Origin: a virus
Length of the DNA: 64,000 nt
IMG/VR virus record: IMGVR_UViG_3300045988_164075
Direction: 5' to 3' (one strand)
This document shows, one piece after another, positions 59,340 through 64,000 of this stretch. The number at the start of each line of letters is the position of its first letter. The stretch's first letter is position 1. The notes beneath the pieces were generated by a model. It was not told the DNA's origin, searched no databases, and was given only the letters and a program-made list of their open reading frames with translations. The translations under genes were made by a program, and so were the position numbers.

Positions 59340-59843
59340 TTAGCGATTATGAAAACTAGTGAATTGAAAACAGCTACGGCTGTAAATGTTGTTGCTAATG
59401 CAACGTCATTTAAAAGTATCGACGACTTGAAAGAAACAGGCAAGTCGTTTGGTGGTATCAACTTTATTGTTGGTGATGTTATTACACTCCCAAGCGAATT
59501 TTGTGACGAGTGCTTTCAAAAGAGTACATATAACAACAAGCCTGTTCCGTATATGAAAATCGGGATCAACGGCAAACCGACTTGGGTACCTGTTCGAATC
59601 TTTGCCAGACAAATGGCAGAAGAGTGGCGAGAGGTATACAAGAATCATAAGCTCAATTATGAGCTTATGGAAGTAGGCGATGACTGTGAACGAGTTAAAC
59701 TGTTGATGTCACTTGGCGAAATCAAAGTCGTCGAAACAGTAGCTGTCGACACTACTGCTTTTATAGGTGGAAAAGTTGCCTATACTGACAATGGGCAGCC
59801 GATACTACGTAAGAGACCTTTTGCGATTTTTGAACGTATCTAA
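59310..59843 (+). CDS. early hypothetical protein, 177 aa (164 aa from ATG 59349)
   Basis: Intact ORF with a TAA stop. Weakly resembles the next gene (KPTWVPVRIFARQ versus KPSWISLGSLQRT). Confidence 0.65.
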   Translation: MYYVITNFKPLAIMKTSELKTATAVNVVANATSFKSIDDLKETGKSFGGINFIVGDVITLPSEFCDECFQKSTYNNKPVPYMKIGINGKPTWVPVRIFARQMAEEWREVYKNHKLNYELMEVGDDCERVKLLMSLGEIKVVETVAVDTTAFIGGKVAYTDNGQPILRKRPFAIFERI

Positions 59844-59850
59844 ACGTTAT

Positions 59851-59885
59851 AGGAGTGCAGGGATTCGTCCTTGCACTCTTTTTAC
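59851..59885 (+). terminator. hairpin plus T-run
   Basis: aggagtgcagg pairs with ccttgcactct (one bulge), followed by ttttac. Confidence 0.6.
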
Positions 59886-59892
59886 TTCTTGC

Positions 59893-59930
59893 AACTAAGA
59901 CTTACATAGATAACTAAGACTTACATAGAT
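59893..59930 (+). promoter_or_regulatory. 19-nt direct repeat, two copies, each containing CTAAGAC
   Basis: aactaagacttacatagat occurs at 59893-59911 and again at 59912-59930, upstream of ATG 59982. Confidence 0.5.
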
Positions 59931-59981
59931 ATGTAGTAACAAATTTATGGTACATTAACCAATTTTAAAAAGATTTTTAAT

Positions 59982-60503
59982 ATGAAAGCATTTGATGCAC
60001 AGAATCAACCTGTGTTGCCTCTTCGTGGAGAGCAGACACTCGTTCCCGTAACCGCTGATAAGCTGAAGAACAGTGGTCTGCCGTTTATCGGCGTTTTCGG
60101 TCTGTCCGAAAAAGGTGAAGTAGTAGAATTCTACGACTTCGAAACCTATAAAGCAAACATGGACACAATGGTGAAAGCAATCAAGATTCGGAAGAATGCT
60201 GATGCTGAAGCATATTACGTAGCCTGTCTGCGAAACAACAAACCATCATGGATCTCTCTCGGTTCTTTGCAGAGGACTTATCGTGAGTCTCCTGAAAGTC
60301 AACCGAGACGTGCCTGCGAGCTGTCTGAAAAGCTCAACAACATGGATAACAACTATACGAAACTGGAATGTCTCGCAAACAAAGCGATTCGAGTGGCCGA
60401 TATCATCAGCGGTAAAGTAAACCAGTTTACTCCAGATGGTGTTCGTGTTGCAGATCAGTATCGCGACATTCGAGTTCCTGTCATCGAAATCGCAAATGCG
60501 TAA
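59982..60503 (+). CDS. early hypothetical protein, 173 aa (most GC-rich gene in the window)
   Basis: Intact ORF with a TAA stop. Confidence 0.7.
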   Translation: MKAFDAQNQPVLPLRGEQTLVPVTADKLKNSGLPFIGVFGLSEKGEVVEFYDFETYKANMDTMVKAIKIRKNADAEAYYVACLRNNKPSWISLGSLQRTYRESPESQPRRACELSEKLNNMDNNYTKLECLANKAIRVADIISGKVNQFTPDGVRVADQYRDIRVPVIEIANA

Positions 60504-60552
60504 TTCAACACTTACTATAAGGGGTAAGTTTAAATGAGCAGTAAACATTCTT

Positions 60553-60598
60553 GAAACCAACTGTGGTAATTATCTAATATGTAATTATCGCAGTTGGT
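60553..60598 (+). terminator. 20-bp hairpin
   Basis: aaaccaactgtggtaattat pairs with gtaattatcgcagttggttt (three G-U pairs); loop ctaata. Confidence 0.6.
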
Positions 60599-60674
60599 TT
60601 ACATATAAAGAAAGGTATTATGTAGTATTACCTATGGATGAAAGTAAACAAGAATGGTGAATTATTGCTGCTTA

Positions 60675-60753
60675 CGACGTATAGCGCTGATGAGAGTCGT
60701 TAAACAAAACATCGAAACTCTACTTCGTGTAAGTAGAGTCCGCTAAAGGTGTC
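60675..60753 (+). ncRNA. candidate type I hammerhead ribozyme
   Basis: CUGAUGA at 60687-60693. Stem II closes G60694-C60713. GAAA at 60714-60717. Perfect 8-bp stem III (60718-60725 with 60731-60738). GUC triplet with the predicted cut after C60740. Stem I pairs tagcg (60682-60686) with cgcta (60741-60745), plus interrupted extension. Confidence 0.55.
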
Positions 60754-60827
60754 AGAGATTCTACTGTTGTGAAATAGAGGAATACTGATTTTTTTCATTT
60801 TATTGTTTTTAAATAGTCTAAAAATTA

Positions 60828-60855
60828 AAAAGGAAGGTGTAAAAGCCTTCCTTTT
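60828..60855. terminator. bidirectional hairpin
   Basis: aaaaggaagg-tgtaaaag-ccttcctttt lies between convergent transcription units. Confidence 0.55.
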
Positions 60856-61598
60856 TAATTAAATTCAAATTCGTTAATTATTTCTTTTTTATCAAATAGT
60901 TGTTTTTCAAGTTCAGTTTTTTCTTGCATTAACTTTGAAACCATTTTTTCAAGAATTGTTATTCGATCTTCTTGAGCATTTAATCTAGTTTCGTGTACAT
61001 CAACTCGTTCGTTTACATATAAAACGGCTTGACATACTTTGGCTAAATCAATTGCTTTAACTGTTCGATTATAACCCGCAGAATCAAGAATAGCGGTTTT
61101 CATTTCAACAAGGATTTGTTTTTCTTTTAAAGATTTATTATATTGTTGAACTGATCTAGTGCTCATATTTAGAGCTTCTGCTATTTCTTCATTGCTTTTT
61201 GAAGTCATAGCAAAACCCCCATCTTTATATGTTTGAGATTGTAATCCAATTAAATAAGCTTTTTCTTCAGGTGTTACGTCTTTTTGATCTAAAAATTCGT
61301 TAGTAAACATTTCAAAATTCTTAGAAAGTTTATTAAATTTATACACATTGGAACGACCTACACGTTGTATTTTTATTATATCACCTGCTTCAATAAGTCG
61401 TTTAATAGAGTTAGTAATTCTTTTCTCTGTGCATCCGCATTCTGATGCAATTCTTCGTATAGTAGGAAAACATTCGTATGTATCTTTATCCATATGTCTT
61501 CTCAGATTTGCATAGACTAATTTATCAAATGGTTTTAATTTAGTCTTTTTTACAGGATCGGGTACTTGAACATGTTGTTTATTTTCGTTTATTTCCAT
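60855..61598 (-). CDS. replication-initiator-like protein with two winged-helix/HTH modules, 247 aa
   Basis: Intact ORF. HTH-like stretches are TIRRIASECGCTEKRITNSIKRLIEAG and NEEIAEALNMSTRSVQQYNKSLKEKQIL. Iterons lie 115 nt upstream. Confidence 0.55.
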   Translation of the reverse strand: MEINENKQHVQVPDPVKKTKLKPFDKLVYANLRRHMDKDTYECFPTIRRIASECGCTEKRITNSIKRLIEAGDIIKIQRVGRSNVYKFNKLSKNFEMFTNEFLDQKDVTPEEKAYLIGLQSQTYKDGGFAMTSKSNEEIAEALNMSTRSVQQYNKSLKEKQILVEMKTAILDSAGYNRTVKAIDLAKVCQAVLYVNERVDVHETRLNAQEDRITILEKMVSKLMQEKTELEKQLFDKKEIINEFEFN

Positions 61599-61695
61599 AA
61601 TTTGTAATTATTACGTTAAATATAAGATTTATTTATATAATACAAATATAGGAATTTTTTTTAAAAAGAACAAGTGTTTAAGAAAAAAATTCCCC

Positions 61696-61780
61696 ATGCA
61701 AAAATTGGGGGGGGTTTCGCGCAAAATCTGCTACAGGTTCGCGCAAAAATTGACCCCAGTTCGCGCAAAAATCGACCCTC
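61696..61780. repeat. iteron array (putative replication origin)
   Basis: TTCGCGCAAAA occurs at 61716, 61738 and 61760, an exact 22-nt phasing. A degenerate fourth copy (GCAAAAATTG) lies at about 61700. Confidence 0.6.
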
Positions 61781-62021
61781 TATCTATATAACTATATAAC
61801 TCGCTCCTTGGGTCGCGAGGATCTATATAATAGCCCGACCACCCTTTGGGTGGACCGTGCCATCGGTTCGAGTCTTAAATGACATCTTTACTGTCTATTT
61901 TCAACATAAGTTTAAATCTACATGCTGTTGGACACAAATCCTACAGTTTAACTATTTGATTATCAATAAGGTAGTAATTAACATCCTGATTATCAATTAA
62001 GTACACATAAATAATAAGATC

Positions 62022-62444
62022 GTGAAAAAATTCATTTTATTTTTGATGGTATTATTGGGGGCAGTAACATGTAATGCTCAAATTCGAGCTTTTGTTTCTC
62101 CTATTACTCGAACTACAGCATATAATTGGGAGAATAAAACTGTTATTGCAAATGATGTAAAACAAGATTCTCTTGCTATTTTGTGGGATGTGGATAGTAA
62201 AATATTTTATGTTCGAGAACTTGATCGATCTTTTAAATGGCATACTTGTGAAGCAACAAGTATTAATGATCTATCTGCTACAAGATTTTTCTGTGATGAT
62301 TGGGTTTCATTTGTATATACCCAAGAAGTAGTTGGAGGTAGAGTCAAAAGAATACATCTAATTATGGAGAAAGCTTTTGAAGATGGTCATGCGCTATGGA
62401 TTAGTGGAGAATGGGAGGAAATTGTAGTAGATAATGGCTATTAA
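62022..62444 (+). CDS. secreted protein or lipoprotein, 140 aa
   Basis: Signal peptide KKFILFLMVLLGAVTC-NAQ. The track start is a GTG; ATG 62046 is an alternative. Confidence 0.6.
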   Translation: MKKFILFLMVLLGAVTCNAQIRAFVSPITRTTAYNWENKTVIANDVKQDSLAILWDVDSKIFYVRELDRSFKWHTCEATSINDLSATRFFCDDWVSFVYTQEVVGGRVKRIHLIMEKAFEDGHALWISGEWEEIVVDNGY

Positions 62445-62508
62445 TTTTAATAAATTCCAGTAGAAAATTTATTCATTTTTATTTGGAAAATTAAATAATT
62501 TGTCATAT

Positions 62509-62522
62509 ATTATCGCGCGATA
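62509..62522. promoter_or_regulatory. perfect 14-bp palindrome TTATCGCGCGATAA
   Basis: Lies 43 nt upstream of the 62565 micro-ORF. Shares a CGCG core with the iterons. Confidence 0.35.
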
Positions 62523-62564
62523 ACAAAATTTTGCATAAAAACAAATAAAAATACACTTTCAATC

Positions 62565-62690
62565 ATGTTACCATTAGCTCGAATAGGTGAAACACTTGGT
62601 GAAGATATTGCGAATTATTTCATCATTCTTGGTCTTATGTTATTCGCAATGTTTGTTTATGCGCTATTCTCTAAGAAAGATGAGAAATAA
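62565..62690 (+). CDS. small membrane peptide, 41 aa (MLPL...)
   Basis: ATG 62565. One hydrophobic helix. TAA stop, followed by a long hairpin. Confidence 0.4.
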   Translation: MLPLARIGETLGEDIANYFIILGLMLFAMFVYALFSKKDEK

Positions 62691-62701
62691 CATCAATTAA
62701 A

Positions 62702-62770
62702 GCTCATATTCATTCTTAATTTTAATAAATTTTGTTTTTCGTTCTGTTTGTTTTGTGAATGAATATGAGC
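62702..62770 (+). terminator. 14-bp stem with a 41-nt loop, then T-run
   Basis: gctcatattcattc pairs with gaatgaatatgagc, followed by aattttt. Confidence 0.4.
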
Positions 62771-62816
62771 AATTTTTGATACTAAACAAATTTTTAAACA
62801 TCTAAAAATACTTACT

Positions 62817-62924
62817 ATGTTACCTTTAAGTGTAATTTCTTTACAAGGTGTTATCCTTATCATGATCGCGATCGTTGCGGTTATCTGGGCTTGGAACTTC
62901 TTTGAAGGTGATACGAAAAAATGA
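62817..62924 (+). CDS. small membrane peptide, 35 aa (MLPL...), paralogue-like
   Basis: ATG 62817. Trp is encoded by TGG twice. Ends in TGA at 62922. Confidence 0.4.
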   Translation: MLPLSVISLQGVILIMIAIVAVIWAWNFFEGDTKK

Positions 62925-62970
62925 AAGTTGAGGTCGTAGTTTGGTAATGATTAGGTTTTAAGGAGGTTGA

Positions 62971-63020
62971 AAAATGATTGAGAGTGGATTGATCATCCCT
63001 ATCCCACTCTCAATCATTTT
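62971..63020 (+). terminator. 17-bp hairpin
   Basis: aaaatgattgagagtgg pairs with ccactctcaatcatttt. Confidence 0.45.
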
Positions 63021-63156
63021 TCCCAATCTCTCAATTTTCATTCTAAACTCACAAATATTACTCTTTATTTTTTCTTCTTATACCTAACTTTTTCTCTCTT
63101 TTCATTGCAATTATTTTATTTCTCACCTAGTTATTAATAATTTAACTTTAAAAATT

Positions 63157-63393
63157 ATGAATCTCGAACTTGATCTCTATCCTATAATTTCTAATAAAAT
63201 CATTCGTCAGAAAGATTGGAAATCAATTAAAGAACATAAACCTGGTTTCTGGTCTAGAAAAGACATCGAAGGAAATCGTCTTGTTCGCACACAAAGAGGT
63301 TATTTCCTCAATAATAAAAACATTTCAGTAACTTCAGCACAACCTTTCATCCTTTCTCATGGTATTCAAGATGTGCCTCAAAACATATTCTAG
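63157..63393 (+). CDS. hypothetical protein, 78 aa
   Basis: Intact ORF with a TAG stop. Confidence 0.55.
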   Translation: MNLELDLYPIISNKIIRQKDWKSIKEHKPGFWSRKDIEGNRLVRTQRGYFLNNKNISVTSAQPFILSHGIQDVPQNIF

Positions 63394-63397
63394 TACC

Positions 63398-64000
63398 ATG
63401 TTAAAATCACTGAAAAACTGTGAAACAGAACAAATCTATCATGTAACAGATCCTTGGGACTTATCCTTTATTCCTGAGAATAGAGATACTGATCAGAAAC
63501 TCGTTTCACAGATTATGAATGCTATGCGTCAAAATGAATATATTTTTCCTATCTATATTACCGAATCTGGTGCAGTTATAGATGGACAACATCGACTCAA
63601 AGCATTCAGAAATCTTGCTGAAGAAGAACCAGGAAAGTATTTTCTCAGAACAATTGTTATAAACTCCAACAAAAGTCCTATAGAACTCGCAATAATTTTT
63701 AATGCGTTTCGAAAGAATTGGACTATTAAGGATTACCTGAGATCATATGTTCGACAAAAACTGCCTTCATATATAGTATTAAATGAATTTTTAAAAAAAT
63801 ATCCTTTATTGGATATTAAAGCTGGAATTCAATTGATCAAAGGTTCTCATTCTGTAGAAACATTTCAAAGAGGTGCTTTATCAATCACTATTGAAGAAGA
63901 AGAAATGGCTATCGATAAAGCAGAACTTCTCAATCAAGTATACGATATTGTCAAAGACAAACGTGTTTTTAGACGAGATTGTATACTTGGTTTCTATAGA
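63398..64000 (+). CDS. ParB-like nuclease domain protein, 3' end cut by window edge
   Basis: ATG 63398. Open to the window end. Contains IYITESGAVIDGQHRLKAF (ParB/Srx DGQHR signature). Confidence 0.6.
   Translation, partial: MLKSLKNCETEQIYHVTDPWDLSFIPENRDTDQKLVSQIMNAMRQNEYIFPIYITESGAVIDGQHRLKAFRNLAEEEPGKYFLRTIVINSNKSPIELAIIFNAFRKNWTIKDYLRSYVRQKLPSYIVLNEFLKKYPLLDIKAGIQLIKGSHSVETFQRGALSITIEEEEMAIDKAELLNQVYDIVKDKRVFRRDCILGFYR

Noticed and set aside
61713-61780. Three 22-nt direct repeats, considered as a mini CRISPR array.
   Set aside because: The units are contiguous with no spacers, there are only three copies, no cas genes are present, and they sit next to an initiator-like gene. They are iterons.
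61855-61880. GGTTCGAGTC, a typical tRNA T-loop sequence.
   Set aside because: The flanking bases do not pair as a T stem and no cloverleaf can be drawn on either strand.
58063-62243. Antisense or alternate-frame ORFs in the early block: 58063-58332 (-), 58413-58643 (+), 59406-59648 (-), 60246-60560 (-), 62052-62243 (-).
   Set aside because: They are shadows of the better-supported + strand genes. Open antisense frames are expected in the GC-richer segment.

Overview
AT-rich (roughly 30% GC by eye) segment of a crAss-like (Crassvirales-type) podophage genome; gene order matches that family (TerL, portal, tail fibres, scaffold-like protein, major capsid protein, very large tail proteins). Positions 1-52995 form one tightly packed minus-strand late operon. 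53097-56371 (+) is a lysis-type cassette and 56392-57785 (-) carries a GH73 hydrolase. 57.8-64 kb is a visibly GC-richer early/replication block: small + strand genes in promoter-gene-terminator cassettes, a winged-helix initiator next to iterons, and a ParB-like nuclease. Main observations: (1) TGA is a sense codon, almost certainly Trp, in the late and lysis genes. Standard-code ORFs there break only at TGA, and real ends are TAA or TAG. The early block still appears to stop on TGA. (2) The major capsid protein gene spans 5 kb and appears split into 7 exons by six group I introns, two of which carry GIY-YIG homing endonucleases. Portal and TerL each carry one more intron. (3) A complete type I hammerhead ribozyme core lies in the convergent intergenic region near 60.7 kb. 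I found no rRNA, no CRISPR array and no convincing tRNA, so the suppressor tRNA expected for the recoding is not in this window. All family and function names rest on motifs I recognise by eye. Splice junctions are hypotheses, good to about 15 nt.
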